A stretch of 64,000 nt of DNA from Sphingomonas sp. (GCF_051962185.1 NZ_JBQCCN010000131.1:2407-66406); one strand, 5' to 3'. Positions 52,793-62,831 are shown, counted from the stretch's first letter. Notes: generated by a model not told the origin, from the sequence alone. A program made the numbers and translations.

Positions 52793-54025
52793 TCACTCGC
52801 TCATCGCAGCGTCGAGATTGGCCTGGAGGCGGGCGGCGAGCGCCTGCCCGCCGGGCCAGCGGAAATGCACATGGTCGGGGCGCATCAGCGGCGGTACCGC
52901 GTCGGTCCAGCCGCGCGCGGCGCACGGCCCGCCCATCGCCGCTTGCCAGTCCCAGAAAGCGATGCCGAGCTGGCGCGCGACCTTGCGCTGGATGCCGCGC
53001 ACCGCGTCCAGCGCGGGCGGGGCGAACAGCGGCGGGCTGCCGGGATCGGGACAGCCGACGACCGTGCCTTCGGCATTGGTCCTGAGCGCCTGGTTGCGCG
53101 TCAGTGCATCGGGTGCGCCGAGCAGCAGCAGCGGGACGCCGGGCGCGAGCGTCCGCAGGCGATCGATCTGGCCGCGCAGCGTCGCTTCATAGACCCGCGG
53201 GTCGAAGCGCGGCGAGAAGCCTTCGTTGGTACCGAAGGCGAGCACGATCAGGTCGGGGGCATAAGCGCGCAATTCCTCGGCGATCACTGCGTCGTCGGTG
53301 CGCGCAAAATGCCGAAGTTGCGCGCCGATCACGCCCAGATTGGACAGCGCCATCCCGCCCAAGTCGCGAAACACCGCCAGCGAGGTGATCGTCGCCGGGC
53401 GATCGCCGGCGGTGATCGTGACCGACGCTTGCGCTCCCCCGCTCCGGATCGTGGTGCAGCGCGGAGTCGGCACGGGCGCGTCGAGCGTGATGCGCTGATC
53501 GATCCGGCCGACATGCACGTCCAATGTCGCGGCATTGGCGTCGGCGATCGCGCACAGCACGACACGATCGAAATCCATCGCCGGCACGTCGGTGGTGAGG
53601 CCGATCGTCGCACCCGGCTGGAGCGAGGTCAGCGAATAGCTCGACAGGCCAAGCGGGACGGCGGCGTTCTCCGATCCCTTGCCGAAGGTCGCCGCAACGC
53701 GCCAGCCGGACGACATCGACACGGTCACGCCGCGCGTGATGTAGCCCTCCCACGGCCGCCCCGGCGCGAGCACGCCGCGCCCGCCACTGCCGTAGCGCGC
53801 CTGGAGCAGGTCGCGCCATGCCCCGGTCAACACGTCGCCCGCGGTATGGCTGTCGCCGATCTGGACGATGTGCACCGGGCGCGTGCCGGGCGTCCGCGCG
53901 CGCGCCGCCTCGAGTTGCGCGAACACCGGCTTGAGCGTCGCGAGATTGCACCCCGCGCGGTCGCAATCGCTGGCGGTCGCGGCGGCGGGAAGCGTCAGCA
54001 GCATCGCGGCGGCCAGGCGCTTCAC
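52793..54025 (-). CDS. Periplasmic SGNH/GDSL protein (Ape1-like esterase or acetyltransferase)
   Basis: QIGDSH, GTNE, DHVH; signal peptide; GTGA overlap with upstream gene. Confidence 0.85.
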   Translation of the reverse strand: MKRLAAAMLLTLPAAATASDCDRAGCNLATLKPVFAQLEAARARTPGTRPVHIVQIGDSHTAGDVLTGAWRDLLQARYGSGGRGVLAPGRPWEGYITRGVTVSMSSGWRVAATFGKGSENAAVPLGLSSYSLTSLQPGATIGLTTDVPAMDFDRVVLCAIADANAATLDVHVGRIDQRITLDAPVPTPRCTTIRSGGAQASVTITAGDRPATITSLAVFRDLGGMALSNLGVIGAQLRHFARTDDAVIAEELRAYAPDLIVLAFGTNEGFSPRFDPRVYEATLRGQIDRLRTLAPGVPLLLLGAPDALTRNQALRTNAEGTVVGCPDPGSPPLFAPPALDAVRGIQRKVARQLGIAFWDWQAAMGGPCAARGWTDAVPPLMRPDHVHFRWPGGQALAARLQANLDAAMSE

Positions 54026-54927
54026 CGCGCCACCTCGGGAGCGGCGGCCGGCGCGTCGACGGCACGCGTCGCGTCGACATAGTCGCTGATCCGCGCCGCC
54101 AGCCCCTTGGTGATCAACAGATAGCCGGGCATCGACATATGGATGCCGTCGCCCGCGCGCATCAGCACGGGCGCGCCGGTTTTCGCGTCGGGCAGATAGG
54201 CGGCATATTGGCCGCTCTTGTCGGCGGCGAGCGGGCGGGTGTCGATGAACGGCACGTCGAGCCGCGCCATCTCGCCGGCGTAGAAAGCGTTGACCGCGCC
54301 GATATCGGCATCGGTTCGTGCTTCGCGCATCCGCGGCAGCCCGACCCAATAGACCATCGCATGATGCCGCCGGAGCAGCGCGACGAAGCGGTCGAGCCGC
54401 GTCGCGATCTGCGCCTTCCAGCGGTCGCCGAGCAATGCGGCGTATTTGCCGTCGTCGGTGATGATGTTCTGCGCATCGTTGGCGCCGAACGATACGATGG
54501 CGATGTCGACCGGATCGGCGCCCAATTGGTCGGCGGTATGCGCCTCGACGTTGAAGCGCTTGTACGCGGCGAAGCCGATCGCCGGCTGGCTGTATTTGAC
54601 GACGTCGAACCCGGCGTGGGGCAATTGCCGCTGCAACCCCCACCAGATCCCGTCGCCATAGGAATCGCCGAACACCGCGACGCGGACCGGACGGCCCTTG
54701 CGCAGGGTCGCGACCAATTGCTTTTGCGGGGCGGACGCACAGAAACGCGCGGCGGCCACCTCGGGTGGCGCGGCGTTCGTCTTGGCGGGGATGGTGCAGA
54801 CGGGGAACTTTACTGTGGACGCGCCAGAACCCGCGTGACCGGCAAAGCCGAAACCTATCGCGGTTCCGGCGCATACACCAAGGAGGAGGACCGCGGAGCG
54901 GTCCACTATTATGAATGGCAATGGCAT
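54022..54927 (-). CDS. SGNH protein (PatB/DUF459-like O-acetyltransferase)
   Basis: VFGDS, GAND, RAGDGIH; N-terminal anchor. Confidence 0.85.
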   Translation of the reverse strand: MPLPFIIVDRSAVLLLGVCAGTAIGFGFAGHAGSGASTVKFPVCTIPAKTNAAPPEVAAARFCASAPQKQLVATLRKGRPVRVAVFGDSYGDGIWWGLQRQLPHAGFDVVKYSQPAIGFAAYKRFNVEAHTADQLGADPVDIAIVSFGANDAQNIITDDGKYAALLGDRWKAQIATRLDRFVALLRRHHAMVYWVGLPRMREARTDADIGAVNAFYAGEMARLDVPFIDTRPLAADKSGQYAAYLPDAKTGAPVLMRAGDGIHMSMPGYLLITKGLAARISDYVDATRAVDAPAAAPEVAR

Positions 54928-55420
54928 GGTGAACCCGTTAGCTCGAGTACGGCGTTCAGATACGACGTTGCTTTCGGATTCGCAACAACAATTTGCTTAA
55001 TTGTCTGGATAATTACTTGGATAAGATGGAGGCTATATTTAGTCTTGTGAGAAGGGCGCCTATAATCAGGCCAGGCTATATGCTCTATTCCGTGAATAGA
55101 GATCGATCTATAGGTAGAAATCGGACAAGAATCGGCGATCAGTATCCGATACGATTACTGTTGTGGCCGATTTTCGGCTGTTTTCGCCGTGGGCGAGCGA
55201 TTCTCACAAACTAAAATCGCGATCGTTCGTATGGCGTCACTTTATTTCACGACAATTCGTGCGACGAACCGCGTGAAGTGAGCGGCGAGCCGTGCCGGAT
55301 CGGCGGCGAAGCGAAATTTATTTGGATGAGAAGACATTCCCTGCGCGATTCGCGACGGTTCGCTCGGGGCACGGTCATGACCGATTGTCACCCGGCTCCC
55401 GCTGCGGCACCGTCTCGCTC

Positions 55421-56272
55421 ATGGCCAGGGTCATCATGCCGCTGCCGCATTGCGACTTCGATCCGACCGAAGCGGCGGTCAGTTGGCGCGTGCTGGTCGC
55501 GCGCGGCCATCAGGTGCGCTTCGCCACGCCTGACGGCGCGCCGGCAGAGGCCGATCGCATCATGATTGACGGAATCGGGCTCGATCCCTGGAGCCGCGTT
55601 CCGGTGCTGCGTCACTTGCGCCCGATCGGCCTGCTGCTGCGCGCCAATCGCGACGGGCGGCGCGCTTATGCCGAACTCGAGCGCGATCCGCATTTTCGCG
55701 CGCCGATGGCGTGGGACGCGGTGGCGGCGGAGGATTTCGACGGCCTGGTGCTGCCGGGCGGCCATCGCGCACGGGGGATGCGGGCCTATCTCGAGAGCGC
55801 GGTGTTGCAGCGACTGGTGGTCGCGTTCTTCGACGCGGACAAGCCGGTCGGCGCGATCTGCCACGGCGTGCTGCTCGCCGCGCGCAGCCGCCGCGCCGAC
55901 GGCCGATCGGTTCTGCACGGGCGGCGGACGACCGCCCTCACCTGGGCGCAGGAGCGCGCAGCGAGCGCGCTGGCGCATGTCGGGCGCCGCTGGGATCGCG
56001 ATTATTATCGCACCTATGTCGAGCAACCCGGCGAGCCCGAGGGCCATATGTCGGTCGAGGCCGAGGTGACGCGCGCGCTCGCGACGCCGGAGGATTTCCT
56101 CGACGTCCCACCCGGCACGCCCGACGCGCGGCGCAAGACCGGCGGGCTCGCGCGCGACACGCCGACCGATGCGCGGCCGGCCTGGATAGTGCGCGACGGC
56201 AATTACGTCTCCGCGCGCTGGCCGGGCGATGCGCACAGCTTCGCGGCGCGACTGGCCGACCTGCTCGATTGA
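55421..56272 (+). CDS. DJ-1/PfpI (type 1 glutamine amidotransferase-like) protein
   Basis: DFDPTE, LPGGH, GAICHG, SARWPGD. Confidence 0.88.
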   Translation: MARVIMPLPHCDFDPTEAAVSWRVLVARGHQVRFATPDGAPAEADRIMIDGIGLDPWSRVPVLRHLRPIGLLLRANRDGRRAYAELERDPHFRAPMAWDAVAAEDFDGLVLPGGHRARGMRAYLESAVLQRLVVAFFDADKPVGAICHGVLLAARSRRADGRSVLHGRRTTALTWAQERAASALAHVGRRWDRDYYRTYVEQPGEPEGHMSVEAEVTRALATPEDFLDVPPGTPDARRKTGGLARDTPTDARPAWIVRDGNYVSARWPGDAHSFAARLADLLD

Positions 56273-56317
56273 TCCCGGCAATTCCGCGCCGCGGCGCAGA
56301 CTGCTAGGCGACGGCGG

Positions 56318-58330
56318 ATGAGGCACTTCTTCCCATGGTCCGGTGCGCTGATCGGCGCGGCCCTGCTAGCGATGACGATCCCGGGCTGGGGAGCCGGCAG
56401 GCCGGCGGCATCGGGGTTCGACACCAGCGGCATGGATCGCAGCGTCGCGCCTGGTGCCGATTTCTTCCGCTACGCCAACGGCGGCTGGGATGCGCGTACC
56501 GCGATCCCCGCCGATCGTTCGAGTACGGGCACGATCGGCCAGCTCGACGACCAGAGCCGCGTCCAGGTCCGCGATATCCTGGAAGAACAGGCGCGCGACG
56601 GCCGCAGCCGCGCCGGGATCGCCTATCGCGCGTTTCTCGACGAGGCCGCGATCGATCGGGCGGGGCGTGTTCCCGTGGCGCCATGGCTGGCCTCGTTGCT
56701 GGCGATCGCGACGCCCGACGACTATCTCGCCGCCGCCGCGAGGGCTGGGCGACAGGGTGTCGAGTTGCCGGTCGCCTTCGCGGTCGAGCCCGACGACGGC
56801 GATCCCGGCCATTATGCGCTAACCATTGCGCAAGGCGTGCCCGGCATGCCCGATCGCAATTATTATCTATCGGATGCCGTCACGATGCGCGGCGCTCGCG
56901 CCGCCTATCGCGACTATCTGATCCGAACGTTGCGTTTCGCCGGCGTCGCGACGCCCGAGGCCGCTGCGGACAATATCGTCAAACTGGAGACCGGCATCGC
57001 CTCGGCCAATTGGCCGGCGGCGGACAGCCGTGACGCGCGCCGCACCTACAATCCGACCGCCATTGCCGCGCTCGATGCCGGCCGCACCGGCTACAGTGTC
57101 GCTACGCTGGTGCGCGGGCTCGGCTATCGCACGACCCGCGCGATCGTGCGCCAGCCCGACGCGGTTGCCGCGACCTTGCGGCTGATCGACGCCGCGCCGG
57201 TCGCGACATTGCGCGACATGCTGATCGTGCGGACGCTGCATCGCTACGCCCAAGTGCTGCCGGCCGAGCTGCGCGCCGCCGATTTCGCCTTTTACGGCAA
57301 GGCGATCGACGGCATCGACACGCCCGAGCCGCGCTGGCGCCGCGCCGTGGCCTTCGTGCTCGAGGGCATGCCCGACGAGGTTAGCAAGGTTTACGTGTCG
57401 CGCCATTTCTCGCCCGCGACCCGCGCCGCCGCGCAAGCGATGGTGGCGAATTTGGTCACGGCGTTCGGCCGCCGGATCGACGCGCTCGACTGGATGACGC
57501 CCGAGACCAAGTGCCGCGCACATCGCAAGTTGGCCGCTTTCCACGCGCAGATCGGCTATCCCGACCGCTGGCACGATTATGCCGGGCTGACGATGCGCGC
57601 CGGCGACGCGTTCGGCAACGCGGTGCGGGCCAATGCCTTTCACCACGATTGGGAAGCGGCCAAGGTCGGGCGGCCGATCTATCGCTGGGAATGGAGCGCG
57701 ACGCCGATGACGGTCGACGCCTTCGCCAATTATCCCAAGGTCGCGATCACCTTTCCCGCCGCGATCCTGCAGCCGCCGTTCTTCGACGCGCGGGTCGACC
57801 CGGCGGTCAATTACGGGGGGATCGGTGCGTCGATCGCGCATGAGATGACGCATCAGTTCGACGATCAGGGCGCCAAATATGACGAACGCGGGCGATTGGC
57901 GACCTGGTGGTCGGCGGCCGACCGCGCCGCGTTCGAGCGGCGGACGGCGGTGCTGGCAGCGCAATTCGATCGCTACGAACCTTTGCCCGGGATGCACGTC
58001 AACGGCGCGCTGACGCTGGGCGAGAATATCGCCGATCTCGGCGGACTGACGATCGCCTATGACGCCTATCGTGCATCGCTGGGCGGCAAGCCGGCGCCGG
58101 TCATCGACGGCCTGTCGGGCGACCAGCGCTTCTTCCTGGGCTGGGCGCAGATCTGGCGGATGAAGTATCGCGAGGCCGACCTTCGGCGGCGGCTGTTGAC
58201 CAATCCCCATGCGCCCGCCGCGCAGCGCGTCTGGACGGTCCGCAACATGGCCGCCTGGGCCCGAGCGTTCGATGTCGATGCGGGCGATGCGCTATATCTC
58301 GCGCCTGCCGCGCGGGCGGCGATCTGGTGA
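56318..58330 (+). CDS. M13 family metallopeptidase
   Basis: DFFRYANGGW, IGYPD, NYGGIG, HEMTH, GENIAD. Confidence 0.93.
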   Translation: MRHFFPWSGALIGAALLAMTIPGWGAGRPAASGFDTSGMDRSVAPGADFFRYANGGWDARTAIPADRSSTGTIGQLDDQSRVQVRDILEEQARDGRSRAGIAYRAFLDEAAIDRAGRVPVAPWLASLLAIATPDDYLAAAARAGRQGVELPVAFAVEPDDGDPGHYALTIAQGVPGMPDRNYYLSDAVTMRGARAAYRDYLIRTLRFAGVATPEAAADNIVKLETGIASANWPAADSRDARRTYNPTAIAALDAGRTGYSVATLVRGLGYRTTRAIVRQPDAVAATLRLIDAAPVATLRDMLIVRTLHRYAQVLPAELRAADFAFYGKAIDGIDTPEPRWRRAVAFVLEGMPDEVSKVYVSRHFSPATRAAAQAMVANLVTAFGRRIDALDWMTPETKCRAHRKLAAFHAQIGYPDRWHDYAGLTMRAGDAFGNAVRANAFHHDWEAAKVGRPIYRWEWSATPMTVDAFANYPKVAITFPAAILQPPFFDARVDPAVNYGGIGASIAHEMTHQFDDQGAKYDERGRLATWWSAADRAAFERRTAVLAAQFDRYEPLPGMHVNGALTLGENIADLGGLTIAYDAYRASLGGKPAPVIDGLSGDQRFFLGWAQIWRMKYREADLRRRLLTNPHAPAAQRVWTVRNMAAWARAFDVDAGDALYLAPAARAAIW

Positions 58331-58566
58331 TCCGAAACGTCGCGATCGCCGCAAGTTCATGACGGATTCGCACCACGCGGCAGCTGTAAAATTACGTGGG
58401 ACGCCCTGGTCGCCTTCTTGCGATATATCCAATGGCTAAATCGTATCCAGTCCGGATGAAATATCGATCGACTACAAGTTATCGTTAAAATAAAATCTGT
58501 TACATGGTCAGTTACATTTAAGTCGGATCGCAATCGTCATTCTCATGAGCCGCGCGGGGGTGCGGG

Positions 58567-59430
58567 GTGCAGGAAATTTTTGTCAGGGCTTCCGAGTTTT
58601 CGCGGCGATTTGGACACCTGAGCCAGGCCGGTGCGACAGTATTCGTTACCCATCATGGTCGGGAAACGCACGCTCTTCTTCCGATCGCCAGATATCATGC
58701 CTTTGTCGCTACCGCGAAGGGCGAGGATCGCGATGCGATATTCTCCAATCAGGATCTGGCCGACTGGTTGCCGCTGATGCTGGTCGTTACCGATGAATCG
58801 CGCAGGATCGTGATGGCCAACCGCACGGCGCATGCGATGGCCCGCAAACCTGACGGATCGTTGCCCGGTTGCCTGTTGTTCGACGCGTTGCCGGGGCTTG
58901 GCGAAACGACCTTCGAGAGCTACCACAATCATACCGCGCGGACCGGCGAGCCATGTTCGTTCGAGCTCCCCGCGCTGCTCGGCGGGGATACGTGGCATCG
59001 CGTCGAAACCTTTCGCGCGAACCACGGCGTGGTGATGCTGGCCCGGGATATTACCGAGGAAGTGAGGGCGTATCGCCTCGCCGATACCAAGAAGGCGTTG
59101 ATCGAGGCGATGCTGGCGCATGGCGGCATCGGCTATATCTGGTTCAACGTGCGCGGCAGGATCGAGCAGCTCGACGCGGCGATGAGCGATTTACTGCAGC
59201 TTCCCAGCGAGCGTCTCGGCCACGTGCCGGTCGTCGATCTGGTGCCGATCGCCCAGCGCGTGGCGCTCAGGGAAATGATCGAGACCGTGCTGAACCGTGG
59301 CGGGACGCAGCGCTTCGAAACCGAGTTCCTGCGCAACGACGGGACCACGATCCCCGCGGTCGTCGCGATCAAGGATCTGCGCGGCGTCTATGGCAGCGAA
59401 GGCGCGGTGATGGTGGTGACGCGCAAATAG
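58567..59430 (+). CDS. Phd/YefM-like N-terminal domain fused to two PAS domains
   Basis: VRASEFSRRFG...VFVTHHGRETHALL...Y; PAS1 ending RDITEE; PAS2 ...LRNDG. Confidence 0.7.
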   Translation: MQEIFVRASEFSRRFGHLSQAGATVFVTHHGRETHALLPIARYHAFVATAKGEDRDAIFSNQDLADWLPLMLVVTDESRRIVMANRTAHAMARKPDGSLPGCLLFDALPGLGETTFESYHNHTARTGEPCSFELPALLGGDTWHRVETFRANHGVVMLARDITEEVRAYRLADTKKALIEAMLAHGGIGYIWFNVRGRIEQLDAAMSDLLQLPSERLGHVPVVDLVPIAQRVALREMIETVLNRGGTQRFETEFLRNDGTTIPAVVAIKDLRGVYGSEGAVMVVTRK

Positions 59431-59454
59431 CGGAATACAGAGGGGCCGCCCCGG

Positions 59455-59859
59455 TCACGTTCGGCTCTTCCATTCCTGCGACAGCGACGCGAACTCGGCG
59501 TGCGCGGCCCGCGGGATGCCGAGCACTGCCGGGCTGCCCGCGATCGATGCCGATTGCCGCGCCATGTGCTGGACCACACTGAGGTGGAGATGCTGGTCGA
59601 ACACCAATTCCGCGAACCCGCTGGAACTCCATTCGGTGCGTGCCTTGATCGGCGCGAAGCCGTCGACGAACAAGGTGATCGGCCGCTCGACGCGAATCCG
59701 GAACCCCGCCCACAGACCGCACCCCGCGACCGAGAGTTCGAGCAACGATATGTCGAGCCGGCACGATCGCAGCTCACGGATTTCCGCCGGCAATTCCAGC
59801 CGATAGCTCAGCGGCTCCCAGCTATCGGCCCGCCGTAATACCAGATTGTTTCTAGCCAT
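59455..59859 (-). CDS. Degenerate PilZ-domain protein
   Basis: ELSVAGC, A...W, F...LH.SV pattern of small PilZ proteins. Confidence 0.6.
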   Translation of the reverse strand: MARNNLVLRRADSWEPLSYRLELPAEIRELRSCRLDISLLELSVAGCGLWAGFRIRVERPITLFVDGFAPIKARTEWSSSGFAELVFDQHLHLSVVQHMARQSASIAGSPAVLGIPRAAHAEFASLSQEWKSRT

Positions 59860-59875
59860 TCCCCCCGCCTCATTC

Positions 59876-61504
59876 TCACGCAACCAGGACCGGCGTGCCG
59901 CATCGCACGCCGTTCACCCAAACGTCGGCCTGTCCCAACTGAACCCCCAACACGCCGCCGACCTGTCCGTAGAGCGCATCCAGCGGCGCGTCGGCCAGCT
60001 GCAGGGCCTGGCCGACGGTACCGGTGAGGACACCGAGGTTGACCCCGATCCCCAGCGCATTGACGTTGAGATCGACCTTCGAGATCAGCGATGAGGCGAC
60101 GCCCTGCGCGATGTCGTTCGTGCTCACGCTCTTCGCATTATGGTTCGCGATATCGGTGGCGGAAAAGTCGACCGTCTGCGGCGCGACCCCGCCCAGCTTG
60201 ATGTCGGCGAATCCCGATACCGAGGCGAGCGGGGTTCGCAGCATGGTGACGCGATTGAGCGTCGGCGCCGACTGGAAATTGGCGAAGGCGGCCGGGTCGA
60301 TGTCGGCGATCGCGGCTTCCCCGACCGAGGGCGTGACCGCGAGCTTGACCGTGGCGTTGCGCGCCCCGCCGGCGCACGACACGCTATCGAGCGTCGCGCT
60401 GGCGGCGGCGATCTCGACATAGATCGGTACCCTGAGCGAGGCGAGGCCGAGTTGCGGCGCGACCTGGGTATCGAGATAGATCCGGGTCTGCGCGGTGCGG
60501 ACCACCACGTCGTGCGCCGCGGTGACGGTGAGCCAGGGCGAATGGGCCGGGCGCTCGCCGATCGCCACCATCAATTTGGCCGAGGACAGGCCCGGCACGG
60601 TCACGCCGAGATCGGTGCTGAACTGGTGCGCGCCGCCGAGCTCCAGCGTGGCGCGAAGCATCGACCAGGCGTCGACGACGACCGGCCGCGACGGATCCGA
60701 TGCGCTTTGGTCCGACAGCGGCCCGAGATCGATCAGCGAGGACAGCTTGGTCGAGGTCTGCGGCAGGCGGTCGGCGACCGCGCGCAGCACCGACGCCGCT
60801 TGCTCGTCGCTGACCGAGGTGGCCATCGCACGCGCGATCTGCGGCAGCGTCGCCTGGCTGTTCAGCAGGTCGCCGAATGTCGCGACCTGGACGTTGAGCT
60901 GCGAGCGCAGCGCTTCGGAGAATTTCAGGATGTCGAGCTGGCCGCCAACGAGCGCCTGATAGTCCATCGCGCTCAGCTGGAGGTCGGTGCCGGCGAGTTG
61001 CGACAGCACGGCGTTGGGGAGGCCGCCGTCGATCGCGGCCAGGCGCGAGCCGATCGAAAATGCGACAAGGTCGATCCTGGCCGCGGTGCCGCGCGCTTCG
61101 ACGGTGACGCTCGATTTGCCGAAGATGCGACCGAAGTAGAGCGGAACGTCGGCGCCGACCCGGACGCGCGCGGCATTGGCGTCGTCGGCGCCGGGGACGA
61201 AGCGCTGCCCCGCGGCGAGCGACGGATCGTCGGCATAATGGCCGGGCTCGACGCTCAGGATGGACAGCCCGGGCATGCCGTTGGCGTTTCGCGCGGCGGC
61301 GGCGGCGGTGGGCGCCTCGTCGATATCGCCGGCGGCGGCCAGGGCCGCCGCGTCGGCGATGCCCTGGGCATGGCGCTTGGCGAGGTACAGGTTGGTCGCA
61401 TCGACCGCGAGTGCGGCTATCGCCAGAAAGGCGAGCAGGCCGCCGCTGAATAGCACCGTGACGTTACCGCTGGTCGAGGCGATGAGCGAGGCGCGGCGCC
61501 GCAT
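59876..61504 (-). CDS. TadG-like pilus-associated protein
   Basis: GNVTVL..., AVD...[34 protein letters not shown]. Confidence 0.8.
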   Translation of the reverse strand: MRRRASLIASTSGNVTVLFSGGLLAFLAIAALAVDATNLYLAKRHAQGIADAAALAAAGDIDEAPTAAAAARNANGMPGLSILSVEPGHYADDPSLAAGQRFVPGADDANAARVRVGADVPLYFGRIFGKSSVTVEARGTAARIDLVAFSIGSRLAAIDGGLPNAVLSQLAGTDLQLSAMDYQALVGGQLDILKFSEALRSQLNVQVATFGDLLNSQATLPQIARAMATSVSDEQAASVLRAVADRLPQTSTKLSSLIDLGPLSDQSASDPSRPVVVDAWSMLRATLELGGAHQFSTDLGVTVPGLSSAKLMVAIGERPAHSPWLTVTAAHDVVVRTAQTRIYLDTQVAPQLGLASLRVPIYVEIAAASATLDSVSCAGGARNATVKLAVTPSVGEAAIADIDPAAFANFQSAPTLNRVTMLRTPLASVSGFADIKLGGVAPQTVDFSATDIANHNAKSVSTNDIAQGVASSLISKVDLNVNALGIGVNLGVLTGTVGQALQLADAPLDALYGQVGGVLGVQLGQADVWVNGVRCGTPVLVA

Positions 61505-61515
61505 CTCCAGCCCTT

Positions 61516-61959
61516 TCAAAACCCGCTCAGCCGAACGGCCGAACTGCGCGAGATCACCTTGTCGGGGATCGGTACGAACGGCAGCTTCATGACGGGTTGA
61601 TCCGACATGTCGTAATCGACCGTCACCTTGATCGTCGCGCCGTCGTCCTGGACGCCGATCGTGACCTTGCTCTCGTCTATCCCGTCGTAATGCGACAGCG
61701 TGTCGGCGACCGTCTGGCGCGCGGTCGACGCGCGTTCGTCCTGCGACAGACCCGACAGGCTGGCGCGCGCACCTTCGTTGGCGCCTTGCTGCAGCGCGTT
61801 GGCATAGGACAGCCACTGACCGAAGACGATGATTCCCATGACGAGCAGCAACAGCACCGGCAGGACCAGCGCCATCTCGACCAGCGCCGCGCCGCGCTGG
61901 TCGCGCAAGAGTCGCCACAATAGGCCGTGCCGCGGGGCCGAGGAATGAGCGTAGGTCAT
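61516..61959 (-). CDS. TadE-like pseudopilin
   Basis: RDQRG/AALVEMALVLP prepilin site, ANEGAR. Confidence 0.88.
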   Translation of the reverse strand: MTYAHSSAPRHGLLWRLLRDQRGAALVEMALVLPVLLLLVMGIIVFGQWLSYANALQQGANEGARASLSGLSQDERASTARQTVADTLSHYDGIDESKVTIGVQDDGATIKVTVDYDMSDQPVMKLPFVPIPDKVISRSSAVRLSGF

Positions 61960-62039
61960 GGCGCCAGGGTTAGCCGCCGCGCCTTGCCGAAATGGGAAGC
62001 GGTTGATCGAGATCAATCGCGCAATTTGCGCAGTTTCGG

Positions 62040-62699
62040 TCAGGCGCCGCAGCCGGGAGCGGCGCCGCGGCGGGTCAGCTTTCGCGCCACTTCGGCCGCC
62101 AGCAAAGCGATGCCCGCGTGGGTATCGCTCGCGAACACGCTGGTCGATCCGCACCAGGTGGCGCGACCCGCCGGCCCGACCGACCAGGATAATGCGATCC
62201 GGGTGTCGGAGCGCGCACGCTCGACTTTCAGATCGCCCTGGATCTCGCTGTCGCGGAGATGTGCTGGCAATTCCTGCTGAATGCGGCGGGCCAATTCGTC
62301 GGCTTCGCGCCGGGTGTCCGCTGCGCTGGCGGCGATGGCGACGCGGGAGGCGGCGTCTGCCGGCTGGTCGACGCGGTCGGACGGGTCGTCGTGAGCGGTG
62401 ATCGCGGTCGACACCCTGGTCTCGACATTGCGCATGCCGAGCCCATCGCCGCGTAAGCCGAGCAGCAGCAGTTCGACGATGATCAGTACCGAAATGCCCG
62501 ATTGCGCGGCGACCGGCGCGCCGGAGCGCCAGAGCAGGATCAGCGACGCGAACGCGCCGAAGCACACGGCAGCCAGCCATGCGGCCGGCGGTGGGGTGGG
62601 CGCGACGATCAGGGCGGCGGCGACCGCCACGAACAATCCGACTGGTGCGAGCGTTGGCAGGCGGCCGGCGTGGTGTCGAGACGTCGTCATTGCCGGCAT
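62040..62699 (-). CDS. Hypothetical membrane protein (3 TM plus soluble domain)
   Basis: GAGGAAGG RBS; hydrophobic N-terminus; no motif recognised. Confidence 0.5.
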   Translation of the reverse strand: MPAMTTSRHHAGRLPTLAPVGLFVAVAAALIVAPTPPPAAWLAAVCFGAFASLILLWRSGAPVAAQSGISVLIIVELLLLGLRGDGLGMRNVETRVSTAITAHDDPSDRVDQPADAASRVAIAASAADTRREADELARRIQQELPAHLRDSEIQGDLKVERARSDTRIALSWSVGPAGRATWCGSTSVFASDTHAGIALLAAEVARKLTRRGAAPGCGA

Positions 62700-62831
62700 G
62701 TCCGCCCCTTCCTCGAAAGGCAGCTTAATGGAGGTGTCGGCATTGCGGCCGGGTTCACGCGGTGCGTCGGCGAAAGTCCGCAATTTGCGCGGTTTCGCAT
62801 CGCGACTCGTCGCCGGAGCGCGCGATACGGG

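Noticed and set aside
54993-55214. 73-aa ORF in the AT-rich gap
   Set aside because: TTG start, no RBS, atypical codons, no motif
58567-59859. Toxin-antitoxin pair
   Set aside because: The neighbour is convergent and PilZ-like; no PIN, RelE or Doc toxin is visible
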